Assembly (NCBI GenBank): GCA_951406725.2
Contig: OX597816.1
Location: 93,930,001 to 93,994,000 of the forward strand
DNA length: 64,000 nt
Source: Octopus vulgaris
Lineage: Eukaryota
Direction of reading: 5' to 3'
Part shown: piece after piece, positions 39,806-52,220 of the stretch
Layout of the letters: each line of letters begins with the position of its first letter
Position numbering within the stretch: position 1 is the first letter of the stretch
Translations under genes and position numbers: made by a program
Notes under the pieces: model-generated
What the model saw: the letters and a program-made list of their open reading frames with translations, nothing else
Databases searched by the model: none
What the model was told of the DNA's origin: nothing

Positions 39806-40086
39806 GGTGGTGGTATGGTTGCGTATCCTGGTACGACAGTAGTAGTGATGTGGATTGTGTTGAGGGATGCAACTAGCGTTGATGATGTGTGGAGAGAAGG
39901 AACCAGTAGTAACGGAATAGTAAGTGGAGGTGTGGGGCGGTGTGTAGTTAGTTATTCAGAGAATGGTGGGTCCGACGCGTGATAAAATCATATTTATAGA
40001 TGGTGGTGTATCGTATGGTGGTCCGGAGTATGCGGTGCAGTGCAGAAGTATATAAATATCCGGTTGTACCGCGGTGTAGAGTACAG

Positions 40087-40422
40087 CAGTGTTTCTCAAA
40101 CTATCTGATGTGGTGTACCGGCAGTTTTCCCACCCCAGCCCCCACCCAATGTGCCAGGGATCGGTAATGTTTCTTAATAATATTAATTTATACCGGAAAA
40201 AATCTATATAATGAATATAATAAAAGTTGACATTTTCTTTTTTATCTTATATTTATTTTGTAAACAAATGGAACAATATCACATAAGCATTTTATAAGTA
40301 TTTTATAAGCATTTTATAATGTTTCTTTCAATTCTGGAAACTCACCGCGCACCGGATGCTGATGGCTCGCCGGCCGGCACCGGCCGGCACCGGCCTGCGG
40401 ACCACCACTTTGAGTAGCAGTG
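40087..40422. mobile_element. hAT (Charlie/MER5-like) MITE
   Basis: TIR-like ends CAGTGTTTCTCAAACT and ACTTTGAGTAGCAGTG, AT-rich interior and CCGG-rich subterminal repeats. No clear 8-bp TSD. Confidence 0.65.
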
Positions 40423-41631
40423 GATTCGTGAGAGTTTGGTCTATGGAATTGCAGCGTATAGTCACCGGGTATGTTGTTAAGTTGAGTGATGATCTGGTAT
40501 TTGATGATCAGCTGTGAGGGCTGTCATGTATAGAGTGCTGTGCTCCGCAATCGGTATGCCGTAGCTCACTGGTTAGCCACAAGACGATGCTAGGTGTGCC
40601 GCAGACTAGCCTGGATATAATTTTTCCCCTAAACTTTCAGTTATATTTTTGGTTCAGATGTGCAAACGAAGTTTGAAAAGAATATAAGTGTACCACAAGT
40701 GAAAAAAAGGTTGCGGAGCACTGGTATAGTGTACAGCAGTGGTTCCCAGAGTGGGATTTACTGTCCCCCTACATCTGGAGGAGGTGGAAAGATCCGGTGG
40801 GGAGGGCACTAGAGGAAAGTGGGGTGATAAGTGGGGTGATAATGGTTGTATAAACATCAAAATAATGGGTTAATATCTTTTATCCTTTGCTTGTTTCAGA
40901 CTGCGGCTATGCTGAGGCACCGCCTAGAAGAATTTTTAGTCGAAAGAATCGACCCCAGTACTTCTTTTTTTAAAGCCTGGTATTTATTATATCGGTCTCA
41001 GTTGCCGAAACGCCAAGTTACTGAGACGTGAATACACCAACACTGGTTCACTCAGCTGGCAGACCAGTGATGATGATGATGGTATGGCGATGCCGGTATA
41101 TGCTGAATGGTAAAAGTGTTCTGTTTGGTACAACAGGTGATAAGTACTACGAGGTGGTAGACTTGGTTATGTTAGCGGTAGTTTTGAAGTGAATTGGGTA
41201 GGAGAGAGAGGGGGGGAAGATACGTAAGAAAGTAGTAGATATGAGCTATCGATGCTTTTGCGATGTAAAACGAATACAAATAGAAAAAGAAGTCAGCTGT
41301 GGGTGTAAGGAGAGTGAACTGTATCAGTCGTTGACAAACGCTGATGACAAACGGATAGCATCAGGGTGGCGGAAGAAATGGATAATGAAAAACAGATGAA
41401 TTACATTTTATTTTTCTATTCCCACCCCGACTAATATACAACTTGAATTATATACTTATTATAACTTTTCATATATATACATACATACATACATACATGC
41501 ATACATACATACATACATACATACATACATACATACATACATACATACATACATACATACATACATACATACATACATACATACATACACATATAGATAT
41601 ATATATTCTCTTATTTAATTCATTTATTTGG

Positions 41632-41785
41632 TTGCAGGTTTCTTAATGGTTCTGTGGTTAAGGAGCTTGCTTTGCAACAACGTGGTATCGGGTTCAATTC
41701 TACTGCGCGGCGCCTTGTGCAAGTGTCTTCTACTACATCTTTTGAGTGAATTTGGTTGACGACGATTGTGCAAAAGCCTGTCGCA
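41632..41785 (+). mobile_element. SINE family B 5' part, diverged
   Basis: TGTGGTTAAGGAGCTTGC..GGGTTCAATTC..GCCTTGTGCAAGTGTCTTCTAC. Confidence 0.65.
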
Positions 41786-41795
41786 TGTGATATTA

Positions 41796-42025
41796 CTGGC
41801 TTTGTACCTATGTATATAAGACCTTCTAGCCTTGTGCCTATGTAATACCTCCTAGCCTTGTGCGTATCTATGCAAGACGTTCTGGCCTTGTGACTAGCGA
41901 GATATGACCCTCTGGCCTTGTGACTATCAATATAAGACCTGGTCTTGTGCTTATCTATATAAGAATTTCAGGCTTTGTGTCTATCTATATAAGATCTTCT
42001 GACCGTGTGCCTATGTATCTAAAAA
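41796..42025 (+). repeat. ~30-bp degenerate tandem repeat (CTGGCCTTGTGCCTATCTATATAAGACCTT), ~8 units
   Basis: Direct reading; the unit core equals the SINE family A tail2 motif GGCCTTGTGCCTA. Confidence 0.8.
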
Positions 42026-43645
42026 CTCATTATTGAGGGTGGTGAAGGTGGTGGGTAGGAGGAATAGTTACAATCTTAGAAAAATTGTTTTTGCTGTATT
42101 TACTCTGCTCTTCACGGTTTGAGTCCGAATCCATCCAAGGTCAACTTTACCTTTCAGTCGATATAATCACCTGCTCCCGCTCACCCCAACAAAATAATCT
42201 GGCCTTGTACATATGTTAGAAACAATAATTATGAGCGGTGGATTAACATACTCGTTGGAGTGTTGAACAAATGTCTTGCAGTGTTTTTCATCTACAGTGT
42301 ACTTTTTTAAAGGAGATTTGGCTACAGCCAAAGAAGGTAGGTCGACTTATACACTAAGACGACCTTGGAGGACTGAAAATTCCATGTGAAATGCAGCAGG
42401 ATTTAGAAAGATAGAGACGATAGTTGGATATTTACACGACATGTCTACACTATATACTAAGTAGACTTATATATCAGAAAATACGTAAGTAAGAGTTTTA
42501 AGAGTGAGAATAGAGATAGCAACTGTCTAAATGAATGCATACAGTCCTTGAATAACCAATATAAAGAGTTTGCGTACTTTCAGAAGTAAAACCTTTAATA
42601 TCGATCATATCATTCGAATCCATTCGGCCAAACACGTGGGTAAATTTAAAAACAAAATATCTGTTTAGGTCAGCATGTATAGACAAAGTAAAGAGGAAAG
42701 AGATCACATATTTCATTATATATATATATTCATACTTTTCTTTTTCAAGGGTTGACATGACAAAAGATTCCTTGGAGCCGGTGACAGCCATGTCTTTATT
42801 CGGGCTCTCACTGAGAATTCGAACTAGCAATAGAGATTTTACTGAATATTCTAAAATTGATATAATAATAATCATAATTCATTTTTTTTTTATATAAAAC
42901 AGAGCCGGATACCGAACTAAGTATTATCTCGAGCGTGTTTGGCTAGGGGACTGTAAATATCACTCACCTATGAACTATGTCCAGCTGACTGATATGGGCA
43001 AACACAGACACACACACACCGTGCGCACAGATGCACGCACACACACACACACACACATACATACACACACTCATATACCCTACCCCAACCTCTACACACA
43101 CGCGCACGTGCGCTTTCACTCACACACATTCTTTCTCTCTCTCTCTTACATAATATACGCGTACACACACACACACACACACACACACATACTCAGCGAG
43201 CGTTGTATTAGTGGGCCACGACTTTGCATTCGGCCGAAAAACTACTTCTACATATATATAAACTATTTGTTATATAGGTCAGCACAACCTGAGGTGAGGC
43301 TTCACAAACAACAAAATAACATTATTCAATAACAACGAATGCATGAAAAAGATGAATGAATGAATGAATGAATGAATGAATGAATGTTACGCGAAACGTC
43401 ATGTTATAATTGGTATATTGATCGTTTTCAAAAGTTGCATGATAGCATGAATAAATGCCAAACCTTAAAATACCCGCTCGAGTTGGTTTGGTCGACTAAA
43501 CCCGTCAAGGTTGTGTTGCAAAATCGCTGCAGTCCAATGACAAAAAGAAGCAGAAGAATAAAGGAATAAAGAAGTTATAAAAGGCAACAGAACCTGAATG
43601 AATGTTTGACATTACAAAACACATTGCAAAATATGAATGGACGTT

Positions 43646-43876
43646 GCCGAATGCTACAACGTAACATATTAGCCGAATGCTACAACGTAACATATTAGCC
43701 GAATGCTAAAACGTAACATATTAGCCGAATGCTACAACGTAACATAGCTGAATGCTACAACGTAACATATTAGCTGAATGGTACAACGTAACATATTAGC
43801 TGAATGCTACAACGTAACATATTAGCCGAATGCTACAACGTAACATATTAGCCGAATGCTACAACGTTTCATATTA
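43646..43876. repeat. 26-bp minisatellite (GCCGAATGCTACAACGTAACATATTA) x9
   Basis: Nine near-identical units (one is 23 bp), embedded in a more degenerate related array (~43590-44410). Confidence 0.95.
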
Positions 43877-45139
43877 GAAACGCTGCAAAAGGTCTTATGG
43901 GGTATAAGACATAATAACAATACAGCTCATTACAACGTAACTCATTAGATGAAAGAATGTCACACGCGACAACACAGCACAAAACACTAATGAATGTCAC
44001 ACTACAGCACAACATATTACATGAATGAATGTCACACGCTGCAATACAACGCAATATACGAATAGATGTTGCACATTACAACGTAACGCATGTTTAAAAT
44101 GTTAATATATACTGCGACAGAATGCGCGGAAGAATGTTTGTTGTGGAACTTTACAACATGACACGCTACATGAATGAACGTGCGGCGTCACACTTTGCGA
44201 TACAACATATGAATGGATGCTGCCAAACGTTACAATACGAAGCATGGAATAAATGAATGGATAAAATTAGATGTTGCAGCGCGTTACGAAACGTGAATGG
44301 ATATTATCAAAACTTCGGTACAGATTACATATGAATGTTTGCCGAACGTTACAACACGTTTCACAACTTGATTGGCTGTTGTGAAACTTCGCTACAGATT
44401 ACAGGGTTTTTGTTACACTTAATTCCCAAGTAAATATACATCGTCAATAAACTATAAAAAAAATGACTAACGTGTATATAAAACATACAAAACCTTTTTT
44501 GAAAGTGACTCTGTATTTCCCACTATTTCTCTCCCTCGATGCTTTTGTCTCTTCCTCACCCAATGCCCCCCCCCCCAAAAAAAACTTCTCTATCTCTTTT
44601 TCTGCTCTATCTTTCTCTTTCTCTTTTTTCTCTCTCTTCCCTATAAAAAACGTAGTAGTACATGGCTACGATCTGTTGTAACTGTAAATATACACTTCCA
44701 CGTGTATGGAAGAAGAAAGATACACAGACAGACAGAGACAGAAGAAAGTGTAAGTGTTTATGCGCGCGCGCTTGTGTGTGTGTGTGTGTGTGTGCGTGTG
44801 TGTGTGTGTACGTGTGTGTGATCTCTTAAAGATCTGCTTTATATATACCGTGACTGAAAAGAAACACGTCAGAAGTAAAACAGCGAACGAAGAAAATAAG
44901 ATACAAAATGAGTGAGAGTGTGATTGACAGATAGAAGGAGAAAAAATATGAGTGGCGGTTAGAGAGATTGAACATAATGAATGAACATATGTAAAGGTGC
45001 ATCTGTGAGCACGTGATATTTGTATGAATTTATTATGTATTCGGTGAGTGAGAGTGCATCTATGTCAAACTAATAAATTCCTTGTGTACGTCATCGTGTG
45101 TGTTATTGTTAATTTTATCGTTTGCTTAATTGGTTTGAC

Positions 45140-45297
45140 TATATTTTATTATATTATATATATATATTATATTATATTATATTATATTATATTATATTAT
45201 ATATATATTTATATTATATTATATATATATATTATATATATATATATATATATATTATATTATATTATATTATATTATACATATATATATTATATTA

Positions 45298-45341
<44 letters not shown>

Positions 45342-45365
45342 TATATATTATATATATATATATTA
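45140..45365. repeat. Almost pure A/T (TATTA)n/(TA)n tract
   Basis: Direct reading. Confidence 0.95.
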
Positions 45366-45396
45366 TGTGTGTGTGTGTGCGTGTGTGTACGCGTGT

Positions 45397-45650
45397 GGAG
45401 GCGCGTAGCTTAGTGGTTAGGGTATCAGCATCATGATCGTAAAATTGTGGTTTCGATTCCTGGACTGGGCGACGCGTTGTGTTCTTGAGCAAGATACTTC
45501 ATTTTACGTTGCTTCAGTCCACTCAGCTGGCAAAAATGAGTAACGCTGCGATGGACTGGCGTCCCGTCCAGCTGGGGAACACATACATCTTAGAAACCGG
45601 GAAACCGGGCCCGTGAGCCTGGCTAGGTTTTTGAAAGGTGCATTTATATT
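45397..45650 (+). mobile_element. tRNA-derived CORE/V-like SINE
   Basis: A-box TAGCTTAGTGG, B-box GGTTTCGATTCC, TGTTCTTGAGCAAGATACTT and CTGCGATGGACTGGCGTCCCGTCCAG. Confidence 0.8.
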
Positions 45651-45666
45651 TATTATTTATATATAT

Positions 45667-45858
45667 ACTCTTTTACTTGCTGCAGTCATTTGACTGCAGC
45701 CATGCTGGAGCACTGCCTTTAGTCGAACAAATCGACCCCAGGATTTATTCTTTGTAAGCCTAGTATTTATTATATCGGTCTCTTACGTTACGGGGGCGTA
45801 AATAGACCAACATCGGTTGTCAAGCGATGGTGGAGGTGACAAACACAGACACACACAG

Positions 45859-45930
<72 letters not shown>

Positions 45931-46077
45931 CGGGCTTCTTTCAGTTTGCGGCTAAATCCATTCACAAGTCTTTGGTCGGCCTGAGGCTATAGTAGAAGAT
46001 ACTTGCTCAAGGTGCCACGGAACCCGGAACCATGTGATTTGTTAGCAAGCTACTTACCACACAACCACGCCTGCGCG
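45667..46077 (-). mobile_element. SINE family B, near full length
   Basis: Collinear with other family B copies; a further tail fragment lies at ~46140-46320. Confidence 0.85.
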
Positions 46078-46099
46078 TATATATATATATATATGCATG

Positions 46100-46140
<41 letters not shown>

Positions 46141-46338
46141 TTTTGTTTCAGTCATTAGTCAGCGGCCATGCTGGGGCACTGCCTTAAGGAATTCTTGTCG
46201 AATAAATCGCCTCCAGTACTTATTTTATTTATAAGCCGTTACTTATTCCCTCGGTCTCTTTTGCCGAAATGATTCTAAGTTAGGAGACGCAAACACACCA
46301 GCACTGGTGGAGGAACAAATGTAAACACGCGCGGGCAT

Positions 46339-46380
<42 letters not shown>

Positions 46381-46589
46381 GAGTTCCTCTACCCTCCGAC
46401 GGGTTTTGTTTTTTGTCCCGCATGATGTTCAGCAAGCACCCTCCTCACTGAGCAAGCTCAGTGGGGTTGTCAGTTTATGCGCCGACAACCCAACCATGCA
46501 ACTGGTTGTACTCGGTTACATATTACCAGTAGTACTCGAGAGCGACCTGTCCTGATGAACGACCTGACCTGACAACCATAGACGTGTCA

Positions 46590-47460
46590 CCCTTTTGTGT
46601 GTTGCTGGGAAGATCCTTGGAAGGGTTATCTTAGACTAAATGATGCTCTTGCCAGCTTAGTGTTGCCTGAATCTCAGTGCGGATATCGGGTTAGTAAAAG
46701 TACAATGAATATGATTTTTAGCCTAAGTCAGCTGCAGGAAAGGGCTCGTGAGCACAACCGAAACCTTTTTGTCACGTTTGTATTTCTCACTAAAGCTTTC
46801 GACATCGTATCTAGGAATGCTCTTTGGGTTGTCCTTAGAAAGCTAGGTGTTCCAGAAAAGATGGTCAATGTCATAATTTCTTTCCATCAATGATCAATGA
46901 ATGATGGCTTCTGTCAGATCAAGGTGTCCAATTCATTCACAGTCTCAAACGGGACAAAACTAGGCTGTGTTTTTGCACCACAGTTATTTGCTTTGTATTT
47001 CTCCGTCATGTTTTGTTCAACCAACAGTGCTTCAAAGTAAAAACTAAGACTTTGGTGCAAACAGTTCCAGATTTGCTCTTCGCAGTCCTATTGTGCACTT
47101 GTAGCACACACACTCTTGAGAACATGCAATGGATTGTAAACAACGTGTCGCGTGCATTCGATGCTTTTGGTTTGACTGTCAGTATCAAGAAGATTGAGTT
47201 TGTCTATTAGCCCATTCGTGACACCTTTGCGCTATTGCCCTCTTTCATTTATCTTCGTTCCATTGTGTCCAATGATGCGAAGGTAGATAAAGAAATCTAG
47301 TCCAGAATCGGAAAGGCTAGCTCTCCTTTCGGTAAGCTTTATCACAGGTGATGGAACAGCCACGACGTATCGTTGAAGGAAAAAGTAAATGTATATAAGT
47401 TGGTGGTCTTAGCAACATTGCTTTATGGTGCTGAATTTTGGACTTTGTAACGAAAGCATA
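46590..47460 (+). mobile_element. RTE (BovB-like) LINE RT fragment, degenerate and internally deleted
   Basis: LPESQCGYR..STMNMIFSLSQLQERAREHNRNLFVTFVFLTKAFDIVSRNALW..LGVPEK, then GTK*GCVFAP, AFGLTVSIKK, YLRS..DKEI*SRIGKAS and LLYGAEFW. Confidence 0.88.
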
Positions 47461-47461
47461 T

Positions 47462-47685
<224 letters not shown>

Positions 47686-47739
47686 GACACATCCCTAATA
47701 TGAACATTTCAAGTAAACCAGACAAGATACCCCCTCTAA

Positions 47740-48377
47740 GTGCATCTATAGAAACTTAGATGCTTGTCACTAGACTAGGTATGCATAGTTATTTCAGTCG
47801 TCTACGAAGCCGATGTTCCCTCTGTTCTGCTAAATAAGAGATCCCAAAGAAGTGTATATTGGATTACGCGAAAGTGACTTCAAAATGAGATAGGCCAGCC
47901 GCCAGTTTTCTGTCAAGCACCTAGATAAAAAGAAAAGTGCAAAGCTAACAGCCTTATCTGACAGTTGAAGGACAGCGATATACCGCACACTAGCAAGTGG
48001 AGCATCGTAGAAAGAGCTAGATCAGATATAAATGGGTAAAAATGTGCAGTCTCTGCACAGCTTAAAGAACACACATCCCTATGAGATCGAAGAACTCCAG
48101 AACTCCACCGATTTTCTAAACTCAAGAACGGAGTCTTTACACGATGAAAGTATCTCAGCAAGTTTCGTTTTTTTTTAAACTGAAAGACTCCCCCTCACCG
48201 AATTAGGCACACAGTTTAAGGCACTTTTACCTTTTCCCCCCATTCAACTTCCCTCACTAGGCATAGTTATTTTTTTATATATACACTCAATACTAACGAT
48301 ATTTTTCAATCAACTGGTTAAAGACATAACCTTTGTTCTCCTTTTCCCTGGACGTTTTCTCGCTCTATGTTCCTGAT

Positions 48378-48378
<1 letters not shown>
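47740..48378 (+). mobile_element. Degenerate Penelope-like GIY-YIG endonuclease of a second type (Hydra-clade-like) plus 3' UTR
   Basis: Translation gives VVYEADV..KEVYIGLRESDFKMR*..QLKDSDIPHTSKWSIVERARS..CSLC..FLNSRTE. It lacks the CxxC after VVY and has KW and a late CxxC. Not in the ORF track because of stops. Confidence 0.75.
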
Positions 48379-48429
<51 letters not shown>

Positions 48430-48490
48430 GAGAGAAATCTGGTAGAGGAAAACTGAAAATTCTTGGATGGAATATATAAATATTTAATAC

Positions 48491-48624
48491 ATCGCTACGT
48501 GCGTGTCTATAAATCACATGATTTTGAAATGAAGAGTCGGTATCTTTGGGATTAGTACAGTATAGTCCGTAGTATCCGTCGATATGCGGTTGATCATCAA
48601 CATTGATTCATTTCATCAGGCGAT
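48491..48624 (-). ncRNA. Antisense paralogous hammerhead-like motif (core mutated GAAAC>GACAC)
   Basis: Minus strand: ATCGC-CTGATGA-A-ATGAATCA...TGATTTAT-A-GACAC-GCAC-GTA-GCGAT. Confidence 0.55.
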
Positions 48625-48762
48625 ACTGCATTATTGGATGTATCACAGAGAGATGTTTATCCATTCTTGCCAATATGAAGGCCAATCTACCCTTCAATCT
48701 AGCTAGATTTGCTTTCATAAAGGCAAGAAGGGACCGCTCTGTGATTCATCCAATAATGCAGT

Positions 48763-48895
48763 ATTGCCTGATGAAATATACCAATGATGACGATCAACCG
48801 CATGCCCACGGACATTACGAACTGTACTGTACTAAACCTAAGGATACCGACTCTCATGTCAAAATCATGTGATTTGTGGAAACGAGCGTAGCAAT
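48763..48895 (+). ncRNA. Type-I hammerhead-ribozyme-like motif with ~104-nt stem II insert
   Basis: ATTGC-CTGATGA-[48775-48878]-GAAAC-GAGC-GTA-GCAAT. Canonical core, GUA triplet and stem I ATTGC/GCAAT. Confidence 0.6.
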
Positions 48896-49211
48896 GTATT
48901 AAATATTTATAAATTCCATCCTATAATTACTGTTATTATTATATTTATCCTATGTTATATCGGTATAACCGTGATGCAACCCCGAAAAACTGACTGACCA
49001 CTCAGTATCATTAGACGGTAGTCGGATAATGAAATAGGAGCTTTATTTGCATATCCCTAACGTTACCATAAAAAAATTTAAAAGATTTGTGTGTGTGTAT
49101 GTGTGTATGCGTTAAACTTAAAAAAATTTAGTACTGGGACGATTCGCTCGGCTAAAAACTTAAATTGGTTGCATGTATTTATGCTTGCATGCATTTGTGT
49201 GCATGTGTGCG

Positions 49212-49257
<46 letters not shown>

Positions 49258-49267
49258 CGCGTGTATG

Positions 49268-49505
49268 GATTCGATTCCCAGACCAGGCGTTGCGTCGTGT
49301 TCTTGAGCAAAGCACTTCATTTCACGTTGCTCTCCGATCATTTCGATATCTGACATGTGGCACCCGTTCTACCCGTCGATCTGATGGAGGGAGTGAGCTT
49401 ATGTCTACACAAACATTTGATTACTATAAACAAATCATCTGTATGGTTATTCGGTAAGATATTGTCGAACCCTCGCATGTCGTCTAACAATGGGAGAGTC
49501 CATCA
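49268..49505 (+). mobile_element. SINE family E
   Basis: B-box TTCGATTCCC, CORE-like TGTTCTTGAGCAAAGCACTT and a tail shared with 27025-27310. Confidence 0.7.
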
Positions 49506-49795
49506 TGTGTGTATGTGTGTGTGTGTTTACATAAATATATATATATATATACACACACATGTATATGTTGTATGTGTATATGTGTGTGTGCGTGTAAATA
49601 TGCGTGTGTGTGTGTGAATTGTTTTGTTGTATGTATTATTCATGATTGGGAGGATGAAATAATTTCGAACTACTGTTTCAGAATGCGTATTTATGTGTAT
49701 ACACGTTTGTGTGTTTCTGTTTGTGTGTAGCTATGTGTTTGGACGCGCATAAGTGTGTGTGTTTGTAAGTGTGTGCGTGCATGTGTGTATGTGTA

Positions 49796-49853
<58 letters not shown>

Positions 49854-50150
49854 CTTGCATGTACATCAGGCATATTGTCATATCAGACAAATATACACAT
49901 CTATATCAGTGTGTATAAATGGTGCGTTTAGGTGCTTAAATCTGTTTGTGTAGTTGAGATTGTGTGATTGTGTCGCTCATGATAAATAAATAGGCCAATA
50001 GATAAGTGAGATCAACAAACAAATAATGTGGGGGTTACTTTGAAAACATTATACAGTTCGGCAAAAGAGTAACGAGTTTACTATTTAGCAAAACAGAACT
50101 TAAAGGTAAGGAAACATGTCATCTGTGTGTGTGTGTGTGTGTTTGTGTGT

Positions 50151-50191
<41 letters not shown>

Positions 50192-50770
50192 CGTGCGTGC
50201 GTATGTGTGTGTGTGTGTGTGCGCGTGTGTGTGTATACGTCACTGGATTATACAGATAAGCGCTTGGACACACACAACACACACACAGAGACATGGTGAT
50301 TGCTCCATCTTCACAGATGATTATTGTCTCCTTGTGCCTCCTCACAATCAATGGAACTGCCCACTTGCCGTCCATGACCTCTCAGACGACTATGCAGTCA
50401 GTCCCTTTGCATATCTGCATGGTTTGAAGCATAGGTGACAGACGAAAGTTGTTACTAACTGCTGTACGCTTCCAACTGGTCAAGGTCAGAACATGTATAT
50501 GATAATTTTTTCCTTTTTGTTAGTATGAAAAATCGGTACATTTTCATTTCAAGTTCCATCAAAATGGAAACATCTAATAAAGTAAAATAAAATGAAGCCA
50601 AGTGTGATGAAGATGACCTTAATTTTGCAGAAAAGTAATTCTCTCGCTTACTCGCTAGAAAAAATTCTCTTTTCTATTAACATTCGATAGGTACAACTGA
50701 GTAGTTAATAGCAATGCTATGCTTACATTATTTAGGAATATAGTTAAAATATTTAGTGAACCCAATATCA

Positions 50771-51090
50771 TCAAGAGCACTCAGTGAGCGCAAACCTCCG
50801 CCAAAACAACACCAACGTCCTCTCAACGAGATGATTTTTTTTAAATGAGAATATCTGAAATAAATTTGACTGCTCTCACAAACGAGAATACTAAAAATGA
50901 ACCCGACCGCTCTCAAAAATTAAGTAAAAAAAAAAAAAACGGGAAAATAATCCAGAATCCTTGTCCGGTACCCGATCGATCCTCAAATCTCCATTCAGCG
51001 GTTCTTAAGATGTCTTGTCCACGGATAAACAAACAAACAAACAAACGCGACTGAAAACAATACCTCCGCCTTCGCTAAGGCGAAGGTAAT
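50771..51090. mobile_element. Non-autonomous Helentron/DINE-1-like element
   Basis: Starts CAAGAGCACTCAG..AAACCTCCGCC. Internal (AAAC)n microsatellite and terminal hairpin TACCTCCGCCTT-CGCT-AAGGCGAAGGTA; the subterminal repeat ACCTCCGCC is present at both ends. Confidence 0.7.
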
Positions 51091-51409
51091 AATGATATTT
51101 TGCTGTCTGCTATTGTACTTTCGTACCATAATAGTTTCATTTTGAGAATGTGTGTATGTATATGTGTGTATGTATTTGTATATGTATGCGTGTGTGTGTG
51201 TTTGTATGTGTATGCATTTATATGAATATTTATATGTGTGCACATATGTATGCATGCATTTTGTGTGCATATTTTGCATTTTCGCTTTAGTATACAAACA
51301 GGAAGAAAAAGCACAGGGTACATGAATTGTTTTATGTATTTATTGGAAAACTCTCAAGAAATTCACTCCAACGTTAAAGCTTCACATAATTACACATGGA
51401 AAGTGGATG

Positions 51410-52220
51410 AACGTTCAGACGACATTTTAGAAGAATACGAATCGTGAAGTCCGGGTGTCATTGGCTGATCAAATGATCGGGATTTTTGCAATCTCTCTGA
51501 GCGGCCAGATGATCAGATCTTTTCTGATCCGCTGATTCAGAGTTCTTAAACTACTCTAGATTGAGGAAGAAAGCAACTTGTCCACTTCAAGGTCAATAGC
51601 TCCTAGACTGAATGGGATATTTCTGGCTAATGCCTTCCAGGACTCTTAGAATTTTTTAAATTTTTAAGCGAGACGTCTTCAACAGTGTATTTAATCTTCA
51701 GTTAAGTGAAGTCATCTGTTGCTTCCAGATGGAACTTTCCTGTTAGCTAAAGTCTGCAGTCTTGTGACAGGTTAGCGTGAGATTTGGTCCGCTGAACGAT
51801 GTTTCCATGTTATTAGGACATCGTGATTGACTCTTCTTTTAGAGCTTCCAGATGAATTTTGATAGATACTTAGAATTCTCTTGAATTCTTCATTCTTAAT
51901 CTGAATGGGTTGAGATTAACAAAGTGACTCATGAAAACGTTCGAAGTCTAACTCCGATAAAATTTGTTCTAATGCTTACAAGAAGTGTTGTGGCTGCACG
52001 ATATTCGATTTCTTTGAAAATATCTGTTCGTTTGAAGGGATATGCAGTGAGATATTTGAAGTTACTCACTCGCTGATGAAGTAGTGACTGCGAAGGCGGT
52101 GTTTACAATTAATATTGTCCCTACATAACTAACTGACCTTAATGGGCGGAAGATTCTTTTCTTATTGCAAGGATTGTGATCACCTTGTAAAGGAACAAAT
52201 TGGATGACAGTAACTAGCTG
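51410..52220 (-). mobile_element. Very degenerate LINE fragment (pre-RT region)
   Basis: Minus strand LKNLKNSKSPG resembles the K(A/S)PGxDG motif preceding non-LTR RT domains; the rest is heavily disrupted. Confidence 0.4.

Larger units (their letters stand above)
48465..48921. repeat. ~457-bp imperfect foldback (inverted repeat)
   Basis: Left arm GGATGGAATATATAAATATTTAATACATCGCTACG...; right arm ends ...CGTAGCAATGTATTAAATATTTATAAATTCCATCC. The arms pair nearly to the centre (TTCTTGCC/GGCAAGAA, AATCTA/TAGATT). Confidence 0.95.

Noticed and set aside
43646-43876. CRISPR-like array
   Set aside because: The units are contiguous with no unique spacers, there are no cas genes, and the context is eukaryotic.
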